From Basidiobolus meristosporus CBS 931.73 (taxonomy: Eukaryota > Fungi > Basidiobolomycota): 60,525 nucleotides of DNA. The notes below the pieces were generated by a model. That model was not told the origin of the DNA and did not search any database. It saw nothing but the letters and a program-made list of their open reading frames with translations. The position numbers were made by a program, and so were the translations under genes. Each line of letters begins with the position of its first letter. Position 1 is the stretch's first letter. The stretch is from positions 1-60,525 of the forward strand of contig MCFE01000540.1 in NCBI GenBank assembly GCA_002104905.1, given 5' to 3'. Below, piece after piece: positions 26,453 to 40,252 of the stretch.

Positions 26453-27918
26453 ATCATAATACCGTTCTCGCTCTTCTTAACAACTCAACTACTTCCCCCA
26501 CCTGGACTCATTTGCGACCGTTCTCACACTGTAGTCTACTAGTTTAGTACTTGAGCCACAATTTTTTCTTTTCCACCACGAACTTAAAATTTCCGAACCC
26601 TTGTTAGCCTATCTTTTATGGTCGTCTTTAATATACTGTAGCTTGCAACAAGCCATCCACAATTCCATTCCAGGGTCGGGTTCAGTGCTGATCTGTCGTG
26701 GGCCCGAAGGTTGATGGGGGCTTCGGGGTGGGCTATGGGTGGATGGGTGCAAGCCATCCCCCAACTCTCGCTACCATATTGCCACATGTGGGAAATGTGG
26801 TTGATGGCATAGGCTTGGGCTTAGGCGTTACCGGGTAACCACCAAAGCCCGAGATACTAGGTGGCTGGAATATCCGGCTGATTCTCCGCCCATCACTTGC
26901 CTCAATACGTAACGATGACAGCCAGATCATGGTCTCGGAAGATAATGTTGTTGGACATATGGATCAGGGGAATAGGTTCCCGTTTATCACGTGTAGCTCT
27001 TTGCTCAGGAGGACGGGTAGGGCTAGGGTTGTGTGGAATCTTCCACAGATCACGTGCGAGATATCTCCCAATACGACCAAGTTGGCGGTTAGTTTGCGCA
27101 GGTTGCTTAAGAGGCTGGTTAGGTGGTTGGCAGGGGTCTGGCAACAGCTGGAGCTTTCATATACAAGTGGAAAGCAGCACCATTGAACCCTGAATTTGTA
27201 CCACTGGGCAGATCCGCATAATTTCCATCTGCGCTAGTGGTTTGATCTCACCAGGCGCCGATAATCTGGCGGATTTTGACCAATGTATGGAGGAATGGCT
27301 TATTCGTCTCCCTGCTGATCAAAAGACCTGCCAGAACAATGAATTGCTTACGAGTTCGTGCGACACTGCTTATTGTCGATTAGTAAAAAATCCGTCTCTC
27401 ACGTGGTTCTTCTCTGGATGGCAAGCCCGTGAATCCGTGATTGCCGAAAGATATCCTTGACTAAGGACAATTCATACATAAGACATCCACCTCCAATCAG
27501 ATCGGGCTATTGGGAAATAACATGGAGATGTTGAGCATAGTTTCATCCAGTATTTGGTGCGTGCTTTCATGTGAAAGTCTGAGTCTTCTTGTCAGCAATC
27601 CCCCTCATGTTTGCCTGCTCTGAATCTACTGTATCCTATGCCATTCATGCTGATCCTGGGAACTTTGTCAATTCCTATTACGAATAATTCATACTGTCAA
27701 CATCATCTGACCTAAAAGGTACTAGGTCAAGAATATGCTATTAACATGAAGTTGCTGGAGCATGTGACATGACTACTAGGATTTCACCCATTTTAAAGGA
27801 GGTGCTTAGTCACGTAGCATCATAAAAACCAGCCCCTTTCGTGGTTCTCTCATTATTCTGCTCTCTCCGCTAGCCTTTCCTCAAATCCTACTTAATCGTC
27901 CCTTGTAATTTATCTAGA

Positions 27919-30734
27919 ATGGTACAAGAGCTTCGCTTTGATAACCGTGTTGTTATTGTCACTGGTGCTGGTGGCGGTATGTGTTGCTATTCTGTGGATC
28001 GTTCGGCTAGAGCCTTGTAAGCTAACCCTCGCTTTTTTAGGTATCGGAAAAGCATATTCACTCTTCTTCGCATCCAAGGGTGCTGCTGTTGTCGTGAACG
28101 ACCTGGGCAGCTCGCACTCTGGTACTGGTGCTTCCACCAAAGCTGCTGACCTGGTGGTTGAGGAGATCAAGAGCAATGGGGGCAAGGCCATTGCCAACTA
28201 CGATTCCGTTGAAGACGGAGAGAAGATTGTGGCCGCTGCCATGAAGGCATTTGGCCGTGTCGATATTCTCATCAATAACGCTGGGTAGGTCATCAACAGC
28301 ACGATCTTCGGTTCCACCGAACGTTCACTAACGGATCAACATTAGTATCTTGCGTGACAAATCCTTCGCCAAGATGACAGACGCTGACTGGGATATGGTT
28401 CAGAATGTTCACCTTCGTGGTGCATACAAGATCACCAAAGCCTGCTGGGAGATCTTCAGAAAGCAGAAGTATGGTAGAATCATTATGACCTCCTCTGCAG
28501 CTGGTATCTACGGAAACTTCGGCCAAGCCAATTACAGTGCCGCCAAACTGGCCTCAGCCATGTTTGGCTTTACTCTCGCCAGGGAAGGAGCCAAATACAA
28601 CATTCACACCAACATCATCGCTCCCATCGCTGCCTCCCGTATGACAGAGACAGTTATGCCTCCTGAAATGCTTGAAAAGTTGAGCCCAGAATATATTACC
28701 CCAGTCGTCGGTTACCTATGCCACGAAGCTACTGAGGAGAACGGCGGCCTCTTTGAGCTAGGTGCCGGATTCGTAGCCAAGCTGAGATGGGAAGTTTCAG
28801 CCGGCAACGTGTTCAAGCCCGATAGCACCTTCAGCCCTGCCGCAGTTGCTGCCAAATGGGACGCTATTACCGACTTCTCAAATCCTTCCTACCCCAACTC
28901 TTTGGCCGAAACTGACTGGCTCGGATACCTCGAACAATCAAAGAAGCTCTCTTCTAACCCACAAACTGAGCCCCTTCGCTATGACGGCAAGGTTGTTATC
29001 GTTACCGGTGCTGGCAACGGTATTGGCAGAGAATATGCCAGACTTTTCGCTAAGCTCGGCGCGTCTGTGGTCGTTAACGATTTGAATAACGCCGACAAGG
29101 TCGTCAAGGAGATTCAGGCGGAAGGCGGTAAGGCTGTCGCCAACACTGATTCTGTAGAAGATGGCGATAAAGTGGTTGCCACTGCCATGAAGGCATTTGG
29201 CAGACTTGACGTTGTCATTAACAATGCTGGTATTCTCCGGGACAAATCCTTCGTCAAAATGACCGACCAGGACTGGGATTTGGTCCAACGTGTTCACTTG
29301 AGAGGTACTTACAAAATGTGTAAGGCAGCCTGGCCAATCTTCCAGAAACAGAAGTACGGTAGAATCGTCAATACATGCTCAGCTGTTGGGCTTTTCGGTA
29401 ACTTTGGACAGGCCAACTACAGCTCCGCCAAGGCTGGTATCTTGTCCCTCAGCAACAGTCTTGCACTTGAAGGCCAGAAGTACAACATTCTGGTCAACAC
29501 TGTTGCCCCTCATGCTGGTACTGCCATGACTGCTACCATTATGCCACCTGAAATGGTGGAGATGTTCAAGCCCGAGTATGTTGCTCCTTTGGTTGGCTTC
29601 CTTGGTCATGAACAGTGCCCTGAAACTGGTTCATGCTTCCAAGTTGGAAGCTGCTGGGTTGGAAAGGTCAGATGGCAACGTGCCGGAGGCCATGGGTTCT
29701 CCGCCAAAAAGAAGCTCACTACGGAGGCTGTTGCTGATAAATGGCAGAAGATCTGCGACTTCGATGATGGAAGAGCTCAGTATCCAACCAGCACCCGTGA
29801 GTCGCTCATGGATATTCAAGAAAACATCGCCCGTGCCGATGAAGAAGACTCTGAATCAGAGTCTGGTTCCTTTGAAAATAAGCAGTTCGAGTCGCAAACC
29901 TTCACGTACACGGAGCGTGATGTGATCTTGTATGCCCTTGGAGTCGGTGCTACTCGTAAGGATCTTCCTCTGGTCTACGAGAACTCATCGGACTTCATGG
30001 TTCTTCCCACATTTGGAGTGATCCCATCCTTCGCTTGTATGGAGTCCGTTCCTTACGGTGACTTCATTCCTTCTTTCAACCCAATGATGCTCCTTCATGG
30101 TGAACAGTTCCTTAGCCTGAAGAAGGCTATCCCCACCTCCGGCACCCTGACCTCTAAGCCTCGCATTGTTGACATCCTCGACAAGGGTAAGGGCTGCCTA
30201 GTCATCCTTGGTGTCGAGACCACCGACGAATCCGGAGATGTTATCTTCGAGAATGAATATTCTCTATTCATCCGAGGCGTCAAGGGAGTCGGAAACAAGC
30301 AAGGTAAGGACCGTGGCGCTGCTACCGCTCCCAACGTTCCACCCAAGCGCAAGCCAGATGTTATTGTCCAAGAGAAGACCAGCGAAGACCAGGCTGCGCT
30401 TTATCGCCTCAGCGGAGATCGTAACCCACTTCACATCGACCCCGAGATGTCCTCCATGGGTGGATTTGACGTGCCAATCCTTCACGGACTCGGTACATTG
30501 GGTGTTGCTGGCAAGCACATCTTCCAAACATACGGAAACGGAAAACCCGACGCCTTCAAGACGGTCAAGGCCCGTTTCGCAAAACACGTCTTCCCAGGAG
30601 AGACATTGGAAACACAGATGTGGAAGGAGGGCAACAAGGTCATCTTCCAAGTGCGCGTGGTCGAAAGAGACGTCATCGCCATCGCCAGTGCTGCCGTGGA
30701 ATTGAACTCCGCCTCGTTGACCTCCAAGTTGTAA
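27919..30734 (+). CDS. FOX2: Peroxisomal multifunctional beta-oxidation enzyme (two SDR dehydrogenase domains plus hydratase 2)
   Basis: Two TGAGxG and NYSxAK SDR domains, the hydratase motif [14 protein letters not shown], and C-terminal PTS1 SKL. Two 5' introns. Confidence 0.97.
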
Positions 30735-31406
30735 ATGACGTCTTGGGGGAACCTTCCTGCTTTAACAAACATTCACCGCCATACGAAAACCTTTAGCGAC
30801 ATCAATGTAAATTCAAGAAACCTGGAGGAATGCACCAGTTCTATAATAAAAGTATTATCCAACTTACCCAATTGCGTTGCCAAGGCCTGTGCCACTACTC
30901 CTTCCCTTAATACTCGCTCAGTGAACAACAATCACATGAATGCTCACATTGAGCTGGGGATGTGAAGCTGATGTCGACGAATTCCAGTTGACCCAGTATT
31001 TCATGCACTGGTCAGTTCGTGCGACTGATGGTTTCTCTTGGTATGTGTGAATGTGTACGATTTTATTCATTTGGTGTAAGGCTCACCATACTAACTTCGC
31101 CTATTAAATGTTTGAAAAATGGTCCTTGTTACTGATCGCTAAGGTCTATGCTCTCTGGACGACTCGACATTCTAAATATACATGGGAAGCAGGTTAAGGG
31201 GGGAGAGGTACTACCATTTGGAGAATACCAACACTTGGTGTTGTAAAGCCCTAGTGGGTATCGTTGCTCCAATAGGCTGTTCAAAAGCCAACGGCAAAAA
31301 TGAACCACAGATATATAGCAGTAAATATAACTTGGGCTTGTGGGGTTCGGGGCCAAGTGTATCAAGTCTACACCTATCCATGGTGGCTGAGGTCTCTCCT
31401 TCTCGA

Positions 31407-34400
31407 CTATATCATTTGCTTGGCTCTCATTTGCTTCGTCAACTCAATCACCTGTGCTTGAGAACGTTGCAATTCGGCTTTCATCTTTCGGAGCATGGAT
31501 TCCGAGTCCCGGACGTACTTTATGGCGCGCTGCGTGTCCTTCTCCATCCGTGCCGACTTTTTCTCGCTCTCTTCCAACTGCTTTTCGAGCTTTTGGATTT
31601 TCTCTTGATTCGCGGGCGTGCATATCTCCATGTCGTTGTTAAGTGAAGTGGGTTTAGGGCGAGATTGACGCAATAGGTCCTCAAGCGAGTTGGCTTTGAC
31701 CTGCATAGCCAGGAACTGGTCTTTCAATTTGGCAATCTCGTGCTCAGCGGCCGCCACCTTCGCTTTGGACGCCTTTTCCGAGTCGAAGAGTGACTGTTGC
31801 TTTTCCACGATGACATGCAGCTCCTGTAGAGTGGCCTTGTATTTCTCTTGTAGTTCCTTGTTATGTAACTTGGTTTGGTTAAGTCTGTCTTGCACGGATT
31901 CGAGTTGCTGCTTCAATTTGACATTGTCTTCGGGGTTGTGTTGACGAGACTTGATATCGTTGTCCAGTTTGTCAGATGCCAGAGCGACAATTCTGTGCGA
32001 ATCCAGGCTTCCGGTACAACTCAATTCTTGCATCATGTTTGCTAGTGTAGTAATCTTCAATCGGGCCCCCTCAAGCTCCAATGATTCTGCCCTGAGAAGG
32101 TCCTGGGAATTCATCAGCTGTAGCTTCATCTCGTAGATGTTATCTTGCGCATCGGCTAAGCGAAGTCGAAGCTCGCTAAGATCCGATTGTGCGTCATGAT
32201 GCTTCTTTTCTAGATCTTCTACCTTCTGCGCTAGTGTATTATTATCAGACTCAAGTTTCTCGATTACATCTCTTGATCCTTCTTTGACTTCTCGTAAAAG
32301 GTTAAGCTCTGCCTCAAGCTCGGCTATGCGATAGTTGGCACGTGTTAACTTCTCTTCAGCTCCATTTTCTGAATGTTGTTTGGAACTATGAAAAACTTGA
32401 GAGATCGACTCCAGTGACTCCAATTGCTGCTTCGTGGCTAACCAAAGTGCTTCCATTTCGCTCGCTTGGAAGTGTGACCTGGCCAGCTCCTCGGATTTCT
32501 GCTCGATCGTTTTGCGGAGCTCAATGGATTCTTTTTCAAGTGCTTGAATTTCCTGCTGCGCATCCATCCACATTCTTTCGGCCTCATTAGCTCGATCATT
32601 GGCTGCATTCACTACATTGGATGCCAACTCTCTAGCCTGTCGCTCTTGCGCTGAGCTCTCCTCTAACGAAGCCAGACGCTCAAGCATGACAGTTGCCTCG
32701 GTCTCCTTGGCATAAAGGGTAGCTTCAGCTTTCGATGCCTTGTTATTTGCCTCCAAAACGGCTTGCTGTGATCTCTTCAACGCATCTTCCAGTGATGTGA
32801 ACTTCTCTTTAACAACCCGACAACTGCTTTCTGCCTCAATAGCTCTATTCAAGTTATTCCTGGAGCTCTCTTCAGCCAAGAGGCGATTCTCTCGATCCTT
32901 AGCAGCTTCTTGAGTCTGGAGGTCAATCTTGGATAAAAGGGATTGATTCTCAGCCAGTGCTTTTGCAAGTCGTTTCTCCAATTCGATGATTCGATCTTGC
33001 TCGATTTTACAAAGGCTTTCGGCGGAGGAGCTATTCATCGCCGATATTTTCATCCTGAGATAGGCTGCTTCTTGAAGAGCAACTTGTCGATGCTTTTCTC
33101 CATCAGCTATTCTCTGAACAGCATACTCACAGTTCTGGGTCACTTTTAACTATAAAAAAGCCGTATTAGTACATATACCATTTTACATTAACCTTCCTAA
33201 GCTATAGCTAACCTGCGCTTTGCTCAGTTGGTCTTTCAGCAGGAGGAGTGTCTGGAGTAGCTTGATCTTCTCCGGATCACTCTGCTCTTGTTGTAGGCTT
33301 TTCAAACAATGTAAAGTGGGGCCTTCCTTGGCCAAATGCTCGATTCTATCGGATACAATTTCTTCCACGCTGGTCCACAGGTCAACCTTGGAATTATTAT
33401 AATTGACGATTTCCACATTATTTTTTGGCGTATCAGGCTCAAGGGGGAATCCAGCTGCCGGATCACTCTTCAACGCTGCTAATGGAGTTTCGGAACTGTC
33501 CTCGTCATTATCATCAAAATCAAGCTCGGTTGACAACTTCTCTTCGAATATAGAGGTAACTTTTTCAGGATAACTATTTGGTACAGTAAAGTAGTTCTTA
33601 GCATGCGCCCCGAACTTGGCTTCGGTTGTAAGCTCCTCAGAAGAAGTGAAGCCAGTTAAAGGGCGGGCTTTTCCATCCACATGTGAATCGGGTACAGGAG
33701 TAATTTGAGCCAGTGAAGCTGACTTGTAATCTGGGCTCATGAGAGTAGGCTTCTCAGCGACTCTATCGCCAGCACTATTTTTTCGTGGAGTATGAAGTAT
33801 GGAAGGTGAGGTTGCATCTGGCGAGGGGGAATTCGAAGTGAGGACCCTTAGCATCCCAAGTTCAGTCGACTGGGAGTATTCAGCCTTGTCTGGGCTAAGG
33901 GGAATAAAAGTTGCAAACTGGCGTATGCGTGATTCGTTGGATTCTTCAGAGTTCGTCACAGTCTCTTTGTTCTCTGTTAACGTGGTCGAGCTTGGTACGA
34001 AGTTGCGACTTGTAGAATCAGGTAGACCAATATTACTTGGTGGGTTAGATAACTGTGCGGATGTACAACTCTTAATGCTGTTACTAGATTCATTTAATAG
34101 TTGTGCAGGGGCTCTGTAATCCAAACTAGTTGCTGTGTTCGCTTTCCCATTATCAAGTATAAAATTGGAAGGGACCTGTAGCGGCGAGGGACTATGGGTC
34201 CGATTAATGTAAGACACGCTTCCAGAATTTTGACCTGAAGTGTCATTAATCGGATTAGGCTCCGAACGAACTGGACTAGGGGTTAGTAATTGGTTCGTCT
34301 TCAAGTCAGAGCTTGACAGCCTTCGATAACTCTCCACTGTGTAAACCAATGGCGGATGGCTTGCCTCGGTGCGTGCAGAAAGGTCTTGCGATCCACCATA

Positions 34401-35821
34401 ATCTTGGGCGTCCCTGAAGGAGCCACGACCTGAACAGAGCTCCATATAGTCCCTGACATTCTCTACAATTGCTAAACTAAGAAATCGCTCTAGGATGCCT
34501 ACAATGAATTCACGTTACCTGTATCTAGATTATGAACTGTGTCGCATTGATCAGTCAAAGCGTGGATCTTTCCTTGGATGAGGCAAACCTTTATACTGTG
34601 AGCGGCAATTTGTGTAGTGGGGAGATCTGACCATGTGCTGTCTATGCAACCTCTGGGCTTTAGTGAACAATCTTGGCTTCAATCGGGTTAGAAATAAGTA
34701 CCTCGAAAATTGAACACGTAGACCTCATTGAGGAATTCACCGGATTCATTATGACCCCCAAAGATGTACATGAGATGGTTGTGAGTACAAGCTGCATGAC
34801 CCGCTCTGATTTGGGGGCCGCCGTCTGCAACAATCTGTGACCAAGTGTTCGCAATTGGATCGTAACACCAAAGGTCGTTGAAATACCGGTCAGCGTCTTT
34901 GCCTCCGAAACTGCAAATGGATAGATAAGTACAAGATCAAAGTAAGCAGAGCTCAAAGTGACCAACATGTATATGCGATTTCTGTAAACCACCGCGGAAT
35001 GACACGCTCTCTCTGGAGGATTCTCGTAGCCTGGTGAGATATAATCCCAGCGCGGACCCTGAGTGGATACTGAGTCATGATAAGTAACCATTCTGCACAC
35101 CATTCAAAGCACTAACATTTATGGGGAATGGTGTTACGTACATGACTTGCTGTCGAATGCTACCAGGTCATTAAAGTAGTAGCCGTCTACCTGACCACCA
35201 AATAAATACATGGTGGATTTGATCACGACCGCCGAGTGGTCTCTCCGTCCAACTAAGGAATTGCTCTGCATGGGCAACTTCGTCCAGATTTTGCTTCCTA
35301 TAAAAGTTGATTTGATTGATCTGGCAAACTCCAAGTAATGAATGAGTATAGATACCAATATCGAGGGAATATAGCGAATCGTCCCAACGACTGTTTAACG
35401 TTTCTCCGCCAAAAACTGTGGTTTCTTCGATTAATGCCCACGTAAACCAAAAAGGTTTGAAACTTTGTTAGTTACCTAGCAAGTATCTCCCGATGCTGAT
35501 TGTGGAATGACCAGAACGAGGACAAGGCGTCTCTCCTGAGGTATTGAGCGCCTCACTTGTGAAGCTCTCTACAGGGAAGGGGTGAATATTCAATATTAGC
35601 CAATACCCTAATCGAATAAACAAGTAGCACTAACGTGGATTTATAAGAAGTAAATCATTTCGGGGGACTCCTTCTACACAGCCAGCAAATATGCATATGT
35701 CGCCGCTAATCTCACAAACACTATAATCTTGCCGTGACGAAAGATGGAGCTTGGGCACCTTTTTTTGAGTCCATAGATATGCAACAGCGGCTGGGTTGGC
35801 CGACTTTGTAGAGGTGGGCAT
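31407..35821 (-). CDS. Kelch-repeat plus long coiled-coil cell-polarity protein, Kel1/Tea1-like
   Basis: Spliced kelch repeats (PCPRSGHS..VFGG, GRRDHSAV..YLFGG, PERACHSAV), a Ser-rich linker, then a coiled coil starting RIADGEKHRQVALQEAAYLRMK. Start inferred at ATG 35821; several introns. Confidence 0.8.
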
Positions 35822-37692
35822 GGTAGTGCTGACGAATATGTGCAAAAGCTAGACACAAGCCTCGTTTCCTCCGACTAATAAACTCTACTGATAATGAAGG
35901 GAGCTACTGGGTACCAAGAGCCTTCTTTCTATGCGTATGTCAGGACAAAGTCAATGACAAAGGATAAGGACCCTACAAATGACAATAATATCGCTAAAGT
36001 ATACAAGGATTTGAATTGAAGCAAGCTGAGATCAAAGTCCGCTTGAATAGCACAATCCCCCTAGAACTGAACATGTGGATCATGCAAGATCCAGGTGGTA
36101 GGTAATAAAACAGATGCGGTATCACCTCATGTGTTGATTGTATGCAGTGATTTCATTAGGGTATCAGGAGGCATATATGGTCTGACATAGCTCAACTCCC
36201 TTACAAAATGCCCCTTGAATTCGATTACTTCGAAACCTGGTTTACAAGTCCATCAAAATGCGCCTGTTTTTTTTCTGGATATATTGCTTAGCTACATGTG
36301 GGCAGATAACAAATTCAAGATTAGCTTATAATGGCAGCCTGTGTACGCCAAAATTCATCAAAGATTCCGCCACGGCATTTTGGCATTTTGCTATTGAAAG
36401 GCGGATGTATTACAACTATCAGCAAGTATCTGCCGGCCGTAACCGATGGAAGAGCCTTTGTAGCACTTCTTCCCCACAAAGTAAGGCGGTTTAAAGTACC
36501 ACCACCCCTCTCCACAAAATGCACAAATAGGCAACTAGGGATATCATCCGATACTCTCCTTACCATATCAATGCTCACTGATAAATCACAGTTGAATCCC
36601 AAAAACATCAGTTGTGCCAAATATATATATATTAGTTGAGTTCTGAATGAGGCCGAGGCTTGTGTACCAATTTCCCCAAAAATCTTGCAACTGTCATTGT
36701 GAGATATTGTTAGCTCTCAGCTTCTCGGACTTCGGTTGGGGAGGTTACGAGCTGTGTCAGAGCTGGTGGTGATACTGTTGCTGGAAATGGATCCAGCTTA
36801 TCGACCACTAAGTTAACCGGGCATATATTCAGACGTCACCCATTTCATTAATGGTTAGGATGGTTATAAATATCCAAAGAGAAGTCACTACTGCTATATC
36901 TAGTTTGTGTTTCATCACAAACTAAACCACTACTCCCCGTACCTTGAAACACCGCCCAGATTTGGAACTGCCCTTCCGACCATTGTCCCTCAAAGGCTTG
37001 TAAAACAAATAGAAGATCCAATGAACATCGGTGTCACCATTTTCTCATTATGGTTTTCATCTCCCCTTCCAATTGAATCCTGCATCATCTATTATTCGCG
37101 GAACCAATAATTTCCCTTGTAACATTTGAGGAGGTTGTAGTCGGAGAAGGATTTTCTGGCAACCAGTTGTAGATCCTGTACCACACTGAGCATACCCCAT
37201 CCGGGTCTAGAAGATGTAGAAATCGGAGACATCTAGATATCTTCTCTACTGTTTCAAGCGTGTCTCGCCATATAGCCGGGCGATCATATGCACACATCGA
37301 CCATCAATTCAGCCCAGAACGAACGCTAAATGTCTGACACCTGAATAACACCGGCCTTGCCTATCAAGTGGCTAGACTTGACTGCCAACCAACATCCCAA
37401 ATACACTCGGAAAAAACATCAAAGATAACATTGATTTAGATTGGTGCTATGAAATGATGAAATGGGGATGATTGCCAAGGCAGCCTCGTTTTGATACACT
37501 AATGCTAACCGTTTATTAAGTAATGACTGATATGAATATTATCCACCGGGAGAAAATCCCGAGGGCACTGTACAAATTCTGTTCGAAGAGTTGCCATTGC
37601 GTTGCTGTGTCTGCATGTAGTTGGGTCTGGGTTGAGGATGTGTGAGAGATATCGATATAAACAGCCGCGGCATTCGAGGTCCCGATACGGGG

Positions 37693-37923
37693 TCAGCATT
37701 GAATCAATTTTGGGGTCATGCTGATGGAGAGATTGATGGAAGCAGGAGCCGAGTGCTTTAAACGACTGCGGTCTGTGGGCCTATGCTTAACACTTTGATC
37801 CACCTTGGCTTGGCGCACTAGACTCTTTCCCGAGCTTATGAGACCAGGGTTGTTGAAGAGATATCCATAAGAAAGTTGAATGTATCCAGAGCTGGCTTTA
37901 GCATTTATTGAGATGTCATCCAT
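37693..37923 (-). CDS. Small CsbD/Hmp1-like protein (paralog A, 76 aa)
   Basis: First 42 aa align without gaps to the 39247 ORF at 20/42 identity; pattern GYIQLSYGYLFNNPGLISSGK. Confidence 0.55.
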   Translation of the reverse strand: MDDISINAKASSGYIQLSYGYLFNNPGLISSGKSLVRQAKVDQSVKHRPTDRSRLKHSAPASINLSISMTPKLIQC

Positions 37924-39246
37924 GGCTGGAAATGGGCCGATAGCTATATGGCTTGGAATAAATCAGCGGCGGCCCGTCGGTCCACTTAAATACTTCCGCG
38001 TAGGGTTTCTGTTTCTGACCATCACCACCTCATTTGAGTTAGCTACGACCGAATATGGCTATTTTTCGATTTAGTCGTGAGGGTGATTTCGGTGATTTCC
38101 AGCCTCAAAAGGAGCTGTATCAGCATCTGCAGCTGCGAGCCGCTCAATCAATTTAACGAGAGGGTGTTGAGTGCTTCTAGAATTGAAGTGATCGCTACGT
38201 GGCCCATCAAATCTCGGGTCCTGGGAACAAAGAGTAGTCTGGAATTCGAGCCAGACTAGCATTGTGTTCGCCTATCTCCACAGAGCCAGTAGACGGCAGG
38301 ATCAGATCAGCTGCTGCTTTTCCCACGTACAGTAACAAGAGTGGTATCAAATGCTGTATTTGACACGGATGGATTCTTAATCGAGCCGAGCAGTCACTCC
38401 ACAGCTTGCCACCAAGTCATACATGGGGAGCGCCACCTCTTTCAGGTGACACAGCTTGATCCACTCCCCTTCCGAAGAATACTCAGCTTCAGCAGTATTT
38501 CTGCTATCGTTCGAGCGGAAAAATCAGCAATACTGATGTAACCATAAGGTGATCATACAATGAATATCTCGGGTAAATACGTATGTATTCCACAACATCC
38601 GCGCTTCGGAGCCGAATTATGAGTCAGTCTGTGGATGGGTGAATCACCATCAGATCCGAACATCGACAAGAGCACGAAGGGCTAGTGCCCAGCGTTTGGG
38701 CGGATCGTTGAAACCACCACAGAGTGCATGTATATGTGTCCTGCGGCAATACACAAGAGGACTTGTTGCCAGGCTTGCGCTGCCAAGCAGACCGTGCTGG
38801 TTCTGATGATGTGATTCCTCATTTTCCATTTCGAGTAGGATTCGTCTAGATCAGGCAGATCCTGGATCAACAATAATACTATATTGACGGTGTATGCCAA
38901 CTCTGGGATACCATCAGCCTATTTGTCAATTAAACCATGGCTGGTCATCAATCCGTGGCCCTAGCCAATCAGCGATCCATGATGTCGTGATTTCCAAGAG
39001 TTGGTGGATACTCATTTACCAACGCATCACACCAGTCGTAAAAGTTTAGATTTAATATTCAATTTAATTCAAATGCCAGCCGGATATTCCTATTTCGTCT
39101 AATGGCTGGAATGGCTCATACATCTCTGCAGAATATAAATGTTCAAGTGTGGCCGGCTACTTGCTTATATTTCAGGCATTCATATCCCTGTTGGTCTCCG
39201 ACAACTTTACCCAGAAACAAGCTAATCAACCACCTTTAACGAAACC

Positions 39247-39492
39247 ATGGAGGATTTGAACATCAGCACTCGCGCTAGCACCGGCTACATTCGCGCCTCT
39301 CTTGGTCACATTTTTGGCGACGACCAACTAATTGCGCAAGGTCGATCATTGGTAAGCCAAGCCCGGACTGATCTGAATGCAGCTAAGGATGCTGAAAGAC
39401 GTCGGTACTCGATGGAGGTCGATCAAGTCAAGAATGTGCCTTCCTCTGCCCGCCGCGTGCATTCAGACGTTGCGCCTTTAGTTACTGTTTAA
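39247..39492 (+). CDS. Small CsbD/Hmp1-like protein (paralog B, 81 aa)
   Basis: ASTGYIRASLGHIFGDDQLIAQGR resembles the CsbD 'G..KE..G...G...L..EG' pattern. TATAAAT at 39134-39140 and a ccATG start context. Confidence 0.6.
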   Translation: MEDLNISTRASTGYIRASLGHIFGDDQLIAQGRSLVSQARTDLNAAKDAERRRYSMEVDQVKNVPSSARRVHSDVAPLVTV

Positions 39493-40252
39493 GGTGACTC
39501 GCCCTAATACCATGCCGATAGATGCGCAATCCATAACATCACCGTGCTTCATCCCGTTACACCAACCCTCACTTTCGCTTTGTTCCAACCTATATGTAAA
39601 TATGCAATATCCATATAATAAACACGTCAAACATACCCAACTATCAGCACTTCACCCTTCCACCATTGCCGACGAATCCACAAAATGCAGCCGATCCTAA
39701 GACATGCTTCAGCAGCAGAGATTGTGGTGTTTCTGGGCTGAATGTACCCATCCGACAAGCTCCCATCGAACCTACGCCATTACACAATGGCTTTGGATTC
39801 TGACCCTTACATCCTCCTGCCTGTGACTACCACATTGAATAGCGTGCAGCCCTAATGGGAGGCACACGTATTGAAATGATGTTGATGAGGTGTTGAATGG
39901 TTTAACCTGTTCTTAATTGCGAGAGTTTCACGATTGAGGTGCATAAATGAACCAGAACTTCGACAATGTATTAGTTAATTTAAGTGTGAAATCAATTATC
40001 ATCCCGTTATAATCAACCTGTATAACAACCAATGCCTAATCAGTTCCACTTATATTTAGGTCTAAACAGGAGCCGGTTACATCTTACGTGGCTTACCTCG
40101 CTATCCAACTGTGTTATCAGTCCTACCACTGCTGTCTCTTCCAACCTGCTTGACTCAGCCTTCGAACTGCCTCATCTTTATAAAATAAACCTACGTTGTT
40201 CGAACGTAAGCTTCTGTGTAATATCCTGGATATCTTTTGAGCGACGGTTGCA

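Noticed and set aside
31300-31440. Possible frameshift near the Kel1-like stop (alternative frame reads ESQANDIVEKER)
   Set aside because: The existing frame ends cleanly at TAG, and there is no homolog alignment to justify invoking an indel.
35900-37650. Short ORFs and possible ncRNA in the long intergenic stretches (also 7600-9100, 23700-25100, 26500-27900)
   Set aside because: No recognisable protein motif, tRNA T-loop/cloverleaf or snoRNA box pair could be supported by eye. An Infernal/Rfam scan would be needed to exclude RNA genes.
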